Part shown: piece by piece, positions 22,644 through 43,075 of the stretch
How the letters are laid out: each line of letters begins with the position of its first letter
How positions within the stretch are numbered: position 1 is the first letter of the stretch
Origin: Macrostomum lignano
Taxonomy: Eukaryota
Length of the DNA: 64,000 nt
Reading direction: 5' to 3'
Assembly (NCBI GenBank): GCA_002269645.1
Contig: NIVC01001186.1
Coordinates: 56,204-120,203, forward strand
The notes under the pieces: generated by a model
Database searches by the model: none
What the model was told of the DNA's origin: nothing
The model's input: only the letters and a program-made list of their open reading frames with translations
Made by a program: the position numbers and the translations under genes

Positions 22644-25600
22644 ATGAGTCGCGGGATTGTGGAATCTGCCAGTCGGTCATTGGCAATTAGAGTTCACCCG
22701 ACAGCTCTGCCTGCACTGCTGAGTAAATTAGGTCAAGCTCGACCTGCTAAAAGTGCAACCTATTTGGTGAAAGAGCAAGCCTTGCTAGTGGAATATAATA
22801 GACCGTTTGCTGTTGAGAAGGCTCTGGCGCATTTGAAAGTTCAACAGCCGTTTCTTAATTATCCTGTGCTGTCTGATCCTAATTCCTGGAGCGGCAGTGT
22901 TAAAGTGTCTGGTAAGTGTAAGTGTAATTGATTTTTTAAATGTAATCGTGATGACAAATATCTTAAAGAGTTCGAATGACACAATATAGGGATTTGCAAT
23001 GCTAATTCTTTGAGATCTGGAATGGGGATTCTTAGGGATCTGGAATGGGGATTCTTAGGGATCTAAAATGGGGATTCTTGGGGATCTGGAATGGGGATTC
23101 TTAGGGATCTGGAATGGGGATTCTTAGGGATCTGGAATGGGGATTCCTAGGGATCTGGAATGGGGATTCTTAGGGATCTGGAATTGGGATTCTTAGGGAT
23201 CTGGAATGGGGATTCTTAGGGATCTGAAATGGGGATTCCTAGGGATTTGGAATGGATTATTAGGGATCTGGAATGGGGGCTCTTAGGGATCTGGAATGGG
23301 GGCTCTTAGGGATCTGGAATGGGGGCTCTTAGGGATCCGGAATGGGGATTCCTAGGGATCTGGAATGGGGGCTCTTAGGGATCTGGAATGGGGAATAGGG
23401 ATTCTTAGGGATCTGGAATGGGGGCTCTTAGGGATCTGGAATGGGGAATAGGGATTCTTAGGGATCTGGAATGGGGGCTCTTAGGGATCTGGAATGGGGA
23501 TTATTTGAGATCTGAAATAAGGATTCTTAGAGATCTGGAATGCTAATCCTTAGGGATCTGGAATGCTGATCATTAGGGATCTGAAATGCTAATCATTAGG
23601 GATCTGGAATGCTGATAATTAGGGATCTGGAATGCTAATCATCAGGGATCTGGAATGCTGATAATTAGGGATCCGGAATGCTGATAATTAGGGATCTGGA
23701 ATGCTAATCATCAGGGATCCGGAATGCTAATCATTAGGGATCTGGAATGCTGATAATTAGGGATCTGGAATACTAATCATCAGGGATCCGGAATGCTAAT
23801 CATTAGGGATCTGGGATGGGGGTTATCAAGGATCTGAAATAGGAATCCTAGGGTTCTGGAAAGCTTTTCTTGTCAGTTAAAATACTACAGAAGAAATATT
23901 AAACACTGCATCTAGCTACTCTAAGTAGTTGTTTTTACTCTTTCCCATCACGCATTGCTTTTAGACACGGCTGACAGCAACAGCATATCCAGTATAATGA
24001 AACTGCGCAACAAGTTAAAACTCGACGTCATTCCGGATTTTAATTGGCCAGCCTTTCGATCTGAGCTGCTAGCTGAAAAGTCTTTGTCCAGCCAGATGCT
24101 GACTTATTATAATAGGCGCCTGCTCAATAAGCAACAGGTGGTATTGCGCACAGTGCTAGCTATAGGGATTAATTCTCTTGTGCAGTCTCTGTCCGCCGGG
24201 GTGGCTTTGAAAATTGTCGGCTCCCTACGGACAGGGACCAGCTTTGAGAAGTCTGACTGCGATATGAATCTTTGGTTCTACGACGATTGCTGTTCGCACC
24301 TGTGCCGAGGGGATTTTAATCCCAATGCTGCCCCGGTACCGGACAGACTGACCCAGTGCTTGGAGTCCTTCTCAAATTTGAGAATAGTGCCGCTCCGCAA
24401 TCACCATCCGATTGGTTATTCGTCGCCAACATTTCCTAACAGGGTATTCCTGGCCAACCTGGGCCTGTTGCTAAGGGATGTGGATCCGGCTGTGACTGAT
24501 CTGCAGTGCCACACAGGCGCTAAAGTGCCAGTGATTCGGGCTAAGCATAAATTTCTCGGCTTCAATTTTGACGTATCGTTGAGCACTCGGTTTAATCACA
24601 AGTTGAACTATTTAGTTAGCAGTCTGAGCTCTTCTTGTCCGCCGTTTACTCCGCTGCTCATTGTGGTGAAGGGCATTTGCAAGGAGTCCCGGCTGCGTAT
24701 GATTCACGCTGACGATTATAGCGGCCAGTTGACTACGTTTAAGCTCACTGCTCTGCTGATCTACTTTCTGCAGGTGGGGTTCTGCTGTGCCGCTGACTGC
24801 TGACTGAGTAGATATGGTAGACAGGGTAGATACGGTAGACAGACCAGATTACAAAGTAAATAAAGTAGATAGTAGATATGGCAGGACAGAGTAGATATAG
24901 TAGACAGGGTAGATATAGTAGATATGGTAGACAGGGTGGATATAGTAGACAGGGTAGATATAGTAGTAGACAGGGTAGAATAAGTAGACAGGGGTAGATA
25001 TAGTAGACAGGGGTAGATGTAGTAGACAGGGTAGATGTGGTAGATAGGGTAGATATAGTAGACAGTACATATAGTAGACGGGCTAGATCTGGTAGATATA
25101 GTAGACAGTACATATAGTAGACGGGCTAGATCTGGTAGATATAGTAGACAGATAAATGTGGTAGACAGGGTAGATGTGGTAGACAGGGTAGCTTTAGTAG
25201 ACAAAATGCTTTACACAGAGTAAACTATATGGTGCATACAATGTGCATAGTAGAGAAGGTAGAAAAAGTAGACAGGCAGTAGCTAACACTGCCCCATATC
25301 CCAACTGTGCGCAATCGCAGGGCTGCGGCTACGTGCCGCCGCTCTCCCGACTGCTCAAGCTGGTGTCGGACCCGGCCCAGCTGCACGCGTTCTCCTACCT
25401 GCCAGCCACTGAGTCGCAGCGGATCCGTGATGCATTCTCGCGCAACGCAAGAAATTTAGAAACCCTGTTGAAACAGTTTCTGCGCTTCTTAATTAATTAT
25501 GATTTCTCCGAGAAAGCTTTAGATTTGTTGAACTTCACAGAGTTGTCGCGAAGTCAGCTGCCGCTGGAATTGCGCTCGGATTTCATGGTGGTGCTGAATC

Positions 25601-25842
25601 CCACGGCCGATTGGCCTACGAATGTTACTAGGAATATTCGAGCAGACGATTGGAAGCAGCACTGCGAAGCGTTTGCGCGCGTGTTGGAGCATCTGGAGAG
25701 CCAGACCGACCGCGACTCGGAGCAGTGGGGTCTGGTTGGCCTGTTCGACTTTCCCGAGACTGATCTGGGCGACCCTGTGTGCGACCGGCTGCAGCAGGCC
25801 ATTGACGGGGGCCGTCGGGTGGGGTCTGCCAGGTCACCGTAG
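22644..25842 (+). CDS. MTPAP: Mitochondrial poly(A) polymerase-like non-canonical nucleotidyltransferase, 3 exons
   Basis: Exons 22644-22911, 23965-24773 and 25321-25842 with GT-AG and consistent phases. NTase motif IVGSLRTG..FEKSDCDM, AKVPVIR, third Asp in FNFDVS, LTTFKLTALLIYFLQ. PAP-associated region LETLLKQFLRF..YDF..VVLNP..NVTRNI and a terminal WGL motif as in MTPAP. The first exon resembles the RRM-like RL domain. Confidence 0.8.
23005..23860. repeat. 23-bp minisatellite (GGGATCTGGAATGGGGATTCTTA) in MTPAP intron 1
   Basis: Tandem copies, drifting to GGGATCTGGAATGCTAATCATTA in the 3' half. Confidence 0.95.
24815..25205. repeat. About 18-bp degenerate minisatellite (TAGTAGACAGGGTAGATA) in MTPAP intron 2
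   Basis: Tandem copies seen directly. Confidence 0.88.
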
Positions 25843-25911
25843 CAGCGGCTACTGCTGACTGCGCATCTTTTGCTGCTTAGTGATTGACGGTTTAGTGATT
25901 CCTATTGCTGC

Positions 25912-26266
<355 letters not shown>

Positions 26267-26799
26267 GTAATCAAGTGTCTCACTGTCTGCCTCCCTTATT
26301 TCACTGTTATTCAATGTTCGTATTGTCTCTCAGTCAGTCAATTATGTAATGTCTTCTACCTAAATTTGTAAACGTTAGTTTTCGTGTTCTCTCTATGCAA
26401 TTAGAGATGCAGTTAAAGAGGCTCTAACAAATACCAAATATCTTTAGGTATGCTATCGATTAAAAAATCAATGTAGTAAATATTAGAAAATATGACACCC
26501 TATCTATGGAAGCATGGAAATGATTAGTAGCAGTAGTTTTTAAATCACCTGTCAATATTTTAAACACAACCGAATACTATGATCCTGTTATTAAATGACC
26601 CGTGCAGTGTCATCATGCATTTTTGTTTGCTCAGATTGTCAAGTGAATATTTATTTTGTTGATAGTAGCTTGAAAAATGCTGTTCATATTTAGCAAAGAA
26701 CTCTATACAGGCCAACTTTTTGCATTTTTTGGCGATTCTAATCTAAATTCTTTGATCTCGAGTTTTTTTTCTATAATTTTAGTGTAGGGTCAAGGATGT

Positions 26800-27265
26800 A
26801 GATCATGTAGATCAGGTGGATCAAGGATGTAGATCAGGTGGATCAATGATGTAGATCAGGTGGATAAGAATGTAGCTCGAATGGATCACGGTTGTCGATC
26901 AGGGAATCAATGATGTAGACCAGGTGGATTGCGGATGTGGATCAGGTAGATTACGGATGTAGATCAGGTGGATCAAGGATGTAGATCAGGTAAATCACGG
27001 GTGTAGATCAGGTGGATCACGGATGTAGATCAGGTGGATCAAGGATGTAGATCGGGTGGATCAAGGATGTAGATATAATGGATCACGGATGTAGATCAAA
27101 TGGACCACGAGTGTAGATCAGGTGGATCACGGATGTAGATCAGGTGGATCACGGGTATAGATCAAATGGATCACGGGTATAGATCAAATGGATCACGGGT
27201 GTAGATCAGATGGATTGCGGATTTAGATCAGGTGGATTGCGGATGTAGATCAAGTAGATCAGGCG
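26800..27265. repeat. 22-bp minisatellite (GATGTAGATCAGGTGGATCACG)
   Basis: Tandem copies seen directly. Confidence 0.92.
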
Positions 27266-27335
27266 ATGGGATCTGAGATCTTGGCAATATTTAGGTATAC
27301 GCTCGTAATTTCTAGGCACCGTATCTAATGACTAA

Positions 27336-29504
27336 TTGTCTAAAAACTCGCTGTCAATCGCGGAGGCAACGGAGGTCATTCAGCCCTCCGCTATTAAGCC
27401 TACGGGATCAGTGGCGGTCGATCAGCCTCGTTTAAGGGAGTCTCAACTCGCTCGCCGAGTCCTCGACCAGCTAGACTTCGTTGACTCAGTCTGTGACAAG
27501 CTCCTGGGTTCGATACCCGGAGTAGATCGTCTGCAGCGCAGGTGCCAAACTGAACGCCGATTTGTGCTGAGTTTGCTTCAGGACTCGGCCACTGAAACTG
27601 ATCTTGAGCGCAGAGTGGAGCAGCTGAGGAGCAGCAATGCTGGCCAGTTGAGTGCAGTGGCCCAGCAACTCGATTTATTGACTTCGGGGTCTACCCAGCA
27701 ACAGTCAGGCCATGGGACACTTGCTGCCTCGTCCCCGAAGAGCTGCTGCGCTGTGCTAGAAAAGTTCGCCGTTTTCAGTCGGAATTCTGAGGATTGCCTT
27801 GAGGCGACTGCTTCAGATGGCCAGGTGAGATGCTTCCCTCACCATCATCTAACCTGTATTCCCCATCCCTGTCCCTCGCCTTCACCATCTAACCTCTCTT
27901 CCCCATTCCTGTCCCTCCCAGCCAGCCTCTTCCACATCCAGCCTCTCTTCCCCATCCCTGTCCCTCTCAGCCAGCCTCTCTTCCCCATCCCTGTCCCTCT
28001 CAGCCAGCCTCTTCCCATCCAGCCTCTCTTCCCCATCCCTGTCCCTCCCAGCCAGCCTCTTCCACATCCAGCCTCTCTTCCCCATCCCTGTCCCTCTCAG
28101 CCAGCCTCTCTTCCCCATCCCTGTCCCTCTCAGCCAGCCTCTCTTCCCCATCCCTGTCCCTCTCAGCCAGCCTCTCTTCCCCATCCCTGTCCGTCTCAGC
28201 CAGCCTGTCTTCCCCATCCCTGTCCCTCTCAGCCAGCCTCTCTTCCCCATCCCTGTCCCTCTCAGCCAGCCTCTCTTCCCCATCCCTGTCCCTCTCAGCC
28301 AGCCTCTCTTCCCCATCCCTGTCCCTCTCAGCCAGCCTCTCTTCCCCATCCCTGTCCCTCCCATCCAGCCTGTCTTCCCCATCCCTGTCCCTCTCAGCCA
28401 GCCTCTCTTCCCCATCCCTGTCCCTCCCATCCAGCCTGTATTCCCCATCCCTGTCCCTCTCAGCCAGCCTCTCTTCCCCATCCCTGTCCCTCTCAGCCAG
28501 CCTCTCTTCCCCATCCCTGTCCCTCTCAGCCAGCCTCTCTTCCCCATCCCTGTCCCTCTCAGCCAGCCTCTTCCCATCCAGCCTCTCTTCCCCATCCCTG
28601 TCCCTCCCAGCCAGCCTCTTCCACATCCAGCCTCTCTTCCCCATCCCTGTCCCTCTCAGCCAGCCTCTCTTCCCCATCCCTGTCCCTCTCAGCCAGCCTC
28701 TCTTCCCCATCCCTGTCCCTCTCAGCCAGCCTCTCTTCCCCATCCCTGTCCCTCTCAGCCAGCCTCTCTTCCCCATCCCTGTCCCTCCCATCCAGCCTGT
28801 CTTCCCCATCCCTGTCCCTCTCAGCCAGCCTGTCTTCCCCATCACTGTCCCTCCCATCCAGCCTCTCTTCCCCATCCCTGTCCCTCCCAGCCAGCTTGTC
28901 TTCCCAAATCCCCATCCCTGTCCCTCTCAGCCAGCCTCTCTTCCCTTCCCTGTCCCTCCCATCCAGCCTCTCTTCCCCATCCTCTCATTTCTTCATTCCC
29001 AACTTTGAATCCAAACGGCAGTAGCGCATAAAACACCGCAGAGGTCAATCAGTGCGTTGCCCAGCTGCACAGCCAAGGTAGAAGTGGACCTGGTCTGCCA
29101 CGGCGGCTCTCTCTGGTTGAAATGCGTGGCCAGAAATCCGCGCGGACTCAGCCAGGCCAGCTCCGGACAGACCAGCCACGGCGCCGGCCGGGGTCTCCTG
29201 CAACAGGCGCGCCTGCTGATGCGCGCCGCCGCGCTTGCCGGCCCCGCGCCTGGCGCCATCCGACTGCGGATTCACTGCGCCAGCGGGGTGACGCCGAGAC
29301 TTCGCGACCGTCTGCTGGCCGTTGGAGTCAGCGAAGTCACCGGACAGCTGGCCGAGGGAGATGAAGACGAGTTCGATGATGAGCACGATGACGTACACGA
29401 TGAAGAGCTGGAGACTGGGATTAATGGGGCTGGCAGCATTGAGGTGAGTGCTGATGCGCGTCTGTGTGTCTGTCTGTCTGTCTGTCTGTCTTTCTTTCTT
29501 TCTT

Positions 29505-29571
<67 letters not shown>

Positions 29572-29604
29572 GTCTGTCTGTCTGTCTGTCTTTCTTTCTT
29601 TCTT

Positions 29605-29655
<51 letters not shown>

Positions 29656-29660
29656 TTCTT

Positions 29661-29707
<47 letters not shown>

Positions 29708-29795
29708 TTGTGTCTGTCTATCTGTCTGTCTGTCCGTCTGTCTGTCTGTGTGTCTGTCTGTCTGTCTGTCTCTGTCTGTCTGTCTCTGTCTGTCC

Positions 29796-29851
<56 letters not shown>

Positions 29852-29888
29852 TTGTGTCTGTCTATCTGTCTGTCTGTCTGTCTGTCTC

Positions 29889-29923
<35 letters not shown>

Positions 29924-29936
29924 TTGTGTCTGTCTA

Positions 29937-30011
<75 letters not shown>

Positions 30012-30014
30012 GCC

Positions 30015-30057
<43 letters not shown>

Positions 30058-30065
30058 GTCTGTCC

Positions 30066-30113
<48 letters not shown>

Positions 30114-31730
30114 GCCTGTCTGTCTGTCTGTCTGTCTATCTGTCTGTCTATCTGTCTGTCTGTCTGTCCGTCTGTCTGTCTGTCTATCTGTCTGTCTGTC
30201 CGTCTGACTGTCTATCTGTCTGTCTGTCCGTCTGTCTGTCTGTCTGTCGGTCGGTCTGTGTCTCGGTGTTTGTCTGTATTTGTTCTGACTCCAAGTTTGT
30301 CTGCGTGGATGTCTCAGCATTGTAAATCAGAGCTCTTCAAATACACAATTGTGGCGGTCCACTGCCGCCAACTTATTAACATAATGCGGACTGCAGAGCT
30401 TTGCCTAAACGAACTCGAGGGCTGACAAGCGGACTTTCTTTACTCGCTCGCACAGCCTTAGGCGAGCCGCTACAAAATCCCATTTGTCTGTAAGCTTGAT
30501 ATTATAATAGCTATTAGTCTCTCTTTTCTGATTGCTCTCTTTTGTACCGTCTTAATCCCGCTTTGTCATTCTCAAACAGTATCAAATTTATGTATGCGAA
30601 CAAAAGAAAGTAAAAATAGCGGTGCATCTCCATCTCCAGCATCCTCTGGCTCATCCGGCAACAGCAAACCTGGACGTCACCTGTCTAGTGGCTCTATCCA
30701 GCAACCTGTGCAGAGGCTCCGGTCGCTTTCAACAATTCCTAGAGCGACCCCTAGCCTTGACAGCCGAACTGGAGCGCAATGAGCCCTGTCTGCCGCCATT
30801 GAAATCTTTTCTATTGTCCTCTGGCCGGCGTCTGATTGCCTGTCAGACTGCTTTGACCGAGTTTCGATCGATTTTAGAAACCGTTGCCGGGCCAACGGAG
30901 ATTCGCCGGGCGGAGAAATGGCTGAGTAGAGTGGAGCAGGTTTGTAGCTTTCCCTGCGCATGCTTTTGATAGTCTCGGTAAACTGGGAGTGCAATGGGGG
31001 TCCAATAGGGCGCACTCTGACCCCCACAAAATTAATCGCCCCACCAACCCCAATAAAAAATCGCCCTCACTTAACCCCCAAATGAAGAATCGCCTCCTTG
31101 ACCCCCATATGAAGAATCGCCTCCATTGACCCGTAGAGGAAGAATCGCCCCTTGACCCCATAGGAAGATTCGCCCCCCCATTGACCCCCATAGGAAGAAT
31201 CGCCCCCTCCTGACCCCAATAGGAAGAATCGCCCCCTCCTGACCCCCATAGGAACAATCGCCCCTTGATTCTTCATCGCCCCTTGACCCCACTTGACCCC
31301 CATAGGGCTTGACTTGACCCCAATCGCCCCTTGACCCCATAGGAAGAATTGCCCCCACTGACCCCCATAGGAAGAATCGCCCCCTTCACCCCCATAGGAA
31401 GAATCGCCCCTCTGACTCCGCCATCATATTTTACAAGCTCCAACCTGTTTACAAGCTCTAACCTGTCCTCGACCCCTTCAGGTGCCGGACCAGTGTCCAC
31501 CCGACCTGTGCAACCGCCTGCGCCTGTCCCGGTCAGTCCAGGCCAGGCACCTGGCCATATTTGGCACCGGGGCCGCTCTGGGCGCCATCACAGTAACCAG
31601 CAATGCCAAGTTTGTCCGGGCCGCTGGCAAGCAGGGCTTGCACTTTTGCGTGCACCTGCACTCCTGCCGACCGCTGACCGAGGCTAAGGAGGGCCAGGTT
31701 GCGGATGCTGCATCTGATAAAACTGACTGA
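27336..31730 (+). CDS. C7orf25: UPF0415 / C7orf25-like protein (DUF1308), 4 exons, start codon unresolved
   Basis: Exons (start uncertain, 27336 or later)-27824, 29042-29443, 30640-30939 and 31482-31730, all phase 0. Resembles C7orf25 motifs: SSNAGQL, VEVDLVCHGGSLWLKC, NLDVTCLVALSSNL, LIACQTALTEFRSILETVAGPTEIRRA, IFGTGAALGAITVTSNAKFVRAA..QGLHF.V.LH..RPLTEAKE. Confidence 0.88.
27835..28985. repeat. 33-bp minisatellite (CCCCATCCCTGTCCCTCTCAGCCAGCCTCTCTT) in C7orf25 intron 1
   Basis: Tandem copies seen directly. Confidence 0.96.
29460..30255. repeat. (TCTG)n/(TCTT)n microsatellite in C7orf25 intron 2
   Basis: Seen directly. Confidence 0.97.
30995..31415. repeat. Degenerate about 30-bp repeat (GACCCCATAGGAAGAATCGCCCC) in C7orf25 intron 3
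   Basis: Tandem imperfect copies seen. Confidence 0.85.
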
Positions 31731-31811
31731 TTGACCTGCTGTTCCTGATGGGGTGAATAAGATCTACTTTTGTTCATCCAGAGCTCTCATCTTCCTTCTG
31801 GATGCTTGTTT

Positions 31812-33145
<1,334 letters not shown>

Positions 33146-33734
33146 ACACAGACCCGAGAAAGTTAACTAACTTTTGACCTGCTGCAGGGGCTCTGGGAAT
33201 CCCGAGTGCAGCAGGCAGGCATCGCCCATTCCGCTAACCCAAGATAGGCAGGGAAAGCCATTAATATTACATCGAGGGGTTGGGCGGAGTCTGCCGCTCC
33301 ATCTCTGCCTCTCAGTCTCCCTGCTTGGCCTGTGTGTGTGCTTTATTCGAAATTTGGCTAGTTAGCGCACCCGGAACCCCCGGGGTTGTTCCCGGAGGTT
33401 GTTCTCCTTCAACCTGATTCAAGTGTGTACGCATTCGCTTGGCATCATCTTCGAACTGATTGATGATAATCAAGTTCTGCTGTCTGTCTCCCGCTCCCAC
33501 TCTAATAATCAACGCACCGATCTCGGGGAAGATTTTCTCTCGGCCAATCATTTTACAAGAAGTTTATCTTTCCTGACTTTATTTATTCCCGTGTGTAAAG
33601 CAATAGTTATAATATAGTTCGACTTGTCTGGACTATGGTTTGACTACATTGGTAGTTCAACTGCTGTCTTAGCAGCCCGTTGATTGTTTGTTGGTGAGCT
33701 CATTGTTTAGCTTTTTATTTATTGCTCTGTCCTG

Positions 33735-34790
33735 CGTCTGTCTTGTCCGTTAGTCCTGTTTCTTGTCCGTTATTCCTTGTGTGTCTTGTCCGTTAGTCCT
33801 TGTGTGTCTTGTCCGTTATTCCTTGTGTGTCTTGTCCGTTATTCCTTGTGTGTCTTGTCCGTTAGTCCTGTGTCTTGTTAGTTAGTCCTGTGTCTTGTCC
33901 GTTAGTCCTTGTGTGTCTTGTCCGTTATTCCTTGTGTGTCTTGTCCGTTAGTCCTGTGTCTTGTCCGTTAGTCTATGTGTGTCTTGTCCGTTAGTCCTTG
34001 TTTGTCTTGTCCGTTAGTCCATGTGTGTCTTGTCCGTTAGTCCTTGTGTCTTGTCCGTTAGTCTATGTGTGTCTTGTCCGTTAGTCCTTGTTTGTCTTGT
34101 CCGTTAGTCCATGTGTGTCTTGTCCGTCAGTCCTTGGGTGTCTTGTCCGTCAGTCCTTCTGTGTCTTGTCCGTCAGTTCTTGGGTGTCTTGTCCGTCAGT
34201 CCTTGGGTGTCTTGTCCGTCAGTCCTTCTGTGTCTTGTCTGTCAGTCCTTGGGTGTCTTGTCCGTCAGTCCTTGGGTGTCTTGTCCGTCAGTCCTGTGTC
34301 TTGTCCGTCAGTTCTTGGGTGTCTTGTCCGTCAGTCCTTGGGTGTCTTGTCCGTCAGTCCTTCTGTATCTTGTCCGTCAGTCCTTCTGTGTCTTGTCCGT
34401 CAGTTCTTGGGTGTCTTGTCCGTCAGTCCTTATGTGTCTTGTCCGTCAGTCCTTCTGTGTCTTGTCCGTCAGTCCTTGGGTGTCTTGTCCGTCAGTCCTT
34501 CTGTGTCTTGTCCGTCAGTTCTTGGGTGTCTTGTCCGTCAGTCCTTGGGTGTCTTGTCCGTCAGTCCTTGGGTGTCTTGTCCGTCAGGCCTTCTGTGTCT
34601 TGTCCGTCAGTCCTTCTGTGTCTTGTCCGTCAGTCCTTGGGTGTCTTGTCCGTCAGTCCTGTGTCTTGTCCGTCAGTTCTTGGTGTCTTGTCCGTCAGTC
34701 CTTGGGTGTCTTGTCCGTCAGTCCTTCTGTGTCTTGTCTGTCAGTCCTTGGGTGTCTTGTCTGTTAGTCTGCCCGTGTCTCCCTGTTAGT
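33735..34790. repeat. About 23-bp minisatellite (GTGTCTTGTCCGTCAGTCCTTGG)
   Basis: Tandem copies; TTAG variants at the 5' end, TCAG variants at the 3' end. Confidence 0.96.
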
Positions 34791-34936
34791 CTGCAACAGT
34801 GACTACCGTGACCCTACTAACGCTCCCTCACTTCGCAAATTCGCATTTTACAGTCTCCCGATTCGCCCCGGCAACCGCCTAACAGCAACGGTCGGGCACT
34901 CCCTGCCGGTGGCCACTGCTCTGTAACATCGGTGCC

Positions 34937-41234
<6,298 letters not shown>

Positions 41235-41279
41235 CTGCTGGTTGCACTCCACAGTTTAGCTATTATAATTTATAATACT

Positions 41280-42480
41280 TAGTCTTAGTCATGAATAGCT
41301 CCCGCTCTTGGTCATGAATAGCTTCCAGTCTTTGTTTTAGTAGCTTCCGGTCTTAGTCATGAACACCTTCCCGTCTTAGTTTTGAATAGCTTCCGGTCTT
41401 AGTCTTGAATAGCTTCCGTTCTTAGTCTTGAATAGCTTCCGGTCTTAGTCATGAACACCTTCCCGTCTTAGTCTTGAATAGCTTCCGGTCTTAGTCTTGA
41501 ATAGCTTCCGGTCTTACTGTTGAATAGCTTCCGGTCTTAGTCTTGAATAGCTTCCGGTCTTAGTCTTGAATAGCTTCCGGTCTTACTGTTGAATAGCTTC
41601 CGGTCTTAGTCTTGAATAGCTTCCGGTCTTAGTCTTGAATAGCTTCCGGTCTTACTGTTGAATAGCTTCCGGTCTTAGTCTTGAATAGCTTCCGGTCTTA
41701 CTCTTGAATAGCTTCCGGTCTTACTGTTGAATAGCTTCCGGTCTTAGTCTTGAATAGCTTCCGGTCTTACTGTTGAATAGCTTCCGGTCTTAGTCTTGAA
41801 TAGCTTCCGGTCTTACTGTTGAATAGCTTCCGGTCTTAGTCTTGAATAGCTTCCGGTCTTACTCTTGAATAGCTTCCGGTCTTACTGTTGAATAGCTTCC
41901 GGTCTTAGTCTTGAATAGCTTCCGGTCTTACTGTTGAATAGCTTCCGGTCTTAGTCTTGAATAGCTTCCGGTCTTACTGTTGAATAGCTTCCGGTCTTAG
42001 TCTTGAATAGCTTCCGGTCTTACTGTTGAATAGCTTCCGGTCTTAGTCATGAATAGCTTCCGGTCTTAGTCTTGAATAGCTTCCGGTCTTAGTCTTGAAT
42101 AGCTTCCGGTCTTAGTCATGAACACCTTTCCGTCTTAGTCTTGAATAGCTTCCGTTCTTACTGTTGAATAGCTTCCGGTCTTATTGTTGAGCAGCTTTCG
42201 GTCTTAGACTTGAATAGCTTCCAGTCTTATTGTTAAGCAGGTTCCGATCTTAGTCTTGAATAGCTTCCGGTCTTAGTCTTGAATAGCTTCCGGTCTTAGT
42301 CATGAACACCTTTCCGTCTTAGTCTTGAATAGCTTCCGTTCTTACTGTTGAATAGCTTCCGGTCTTATTGTTGAGCAGCTTTCGGTCTTAGACTTGAATA
42401 GCTTCCAGTCTTATTGTTAAGCAGGTTCCGATCTTAGTCTTGAATAGCTTCCGGTCTTAGTGTTGAGCAGCTTCCGATCT
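41280..42480. repeat. 23-bp minisatellite (GTCTTAGTCTTGAATAGCTTCCG)
   Basis: Tandem copies with an alternating GTCTTACTGTTG variant. Confidence 0.97.
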
Positions 42481-43075
42481 TTATTGCTTTTTTGTTGCCC
42501 CAGTTTTTATTCGGTTTCCAAAGTTTGGTTGATTCACTTCCAGTCTTGGTTTTTAGTTGCTACGCAGTTTAGATAAAACCGTTGACGATTTGAAACTTCT
42601 GTAGCTTCTATTTTACAATATTTGTAGTTACAATTTTTTTTTCATTTCCTGTAGTTCTTTAATTTCATCGTTTCAATCGGTTTTTTGCGTCTTACTCAAC
42701 TACTATTTGTGATATTAATTCAGAATAGATAGAATATATAACCATGCTAAATACCATATACATTATCCTTCAATTGTAGACAGATACAGTATCATTAGTT
42801 AGGTAGGTAGAGCTAGGGTCACCTAGGTAAAAGTCACTTTACCTTACTTTTAGAACTGCCTGTGCACGTGTATATTAAATTAAATAGAAAATAAATAGAA
42901 ATTACTACTTTTATAACTCAAGTTAATCTGACTTTTTAGTATTTTTTTCTAGTTTGAGTAAACTAGGTATATCCTTACAACATTGAGATCGATATATTAT
43001 ATGGCTTAGTATGTAACTACGAGATACTCGTATTTAAGTATTGTTTGAGCATATCCGTATATGAAATCTTTTTTC

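Noticed and set aside
27825-29024. 562-aa ORF extension with PHPCPSQPASL repeats
   Set aside because: Read-through into a 33-bp intronic minisatellite. A strong GTGAGA donor at 27825 and a phase-0 acceptor at 29042 restore the C7orf25 homology.
33150-33620. GC-richer unique stretch with short ORFs, possibly a LINE fragment
   Set aside because: No recognisable RT or endonuclease motif.
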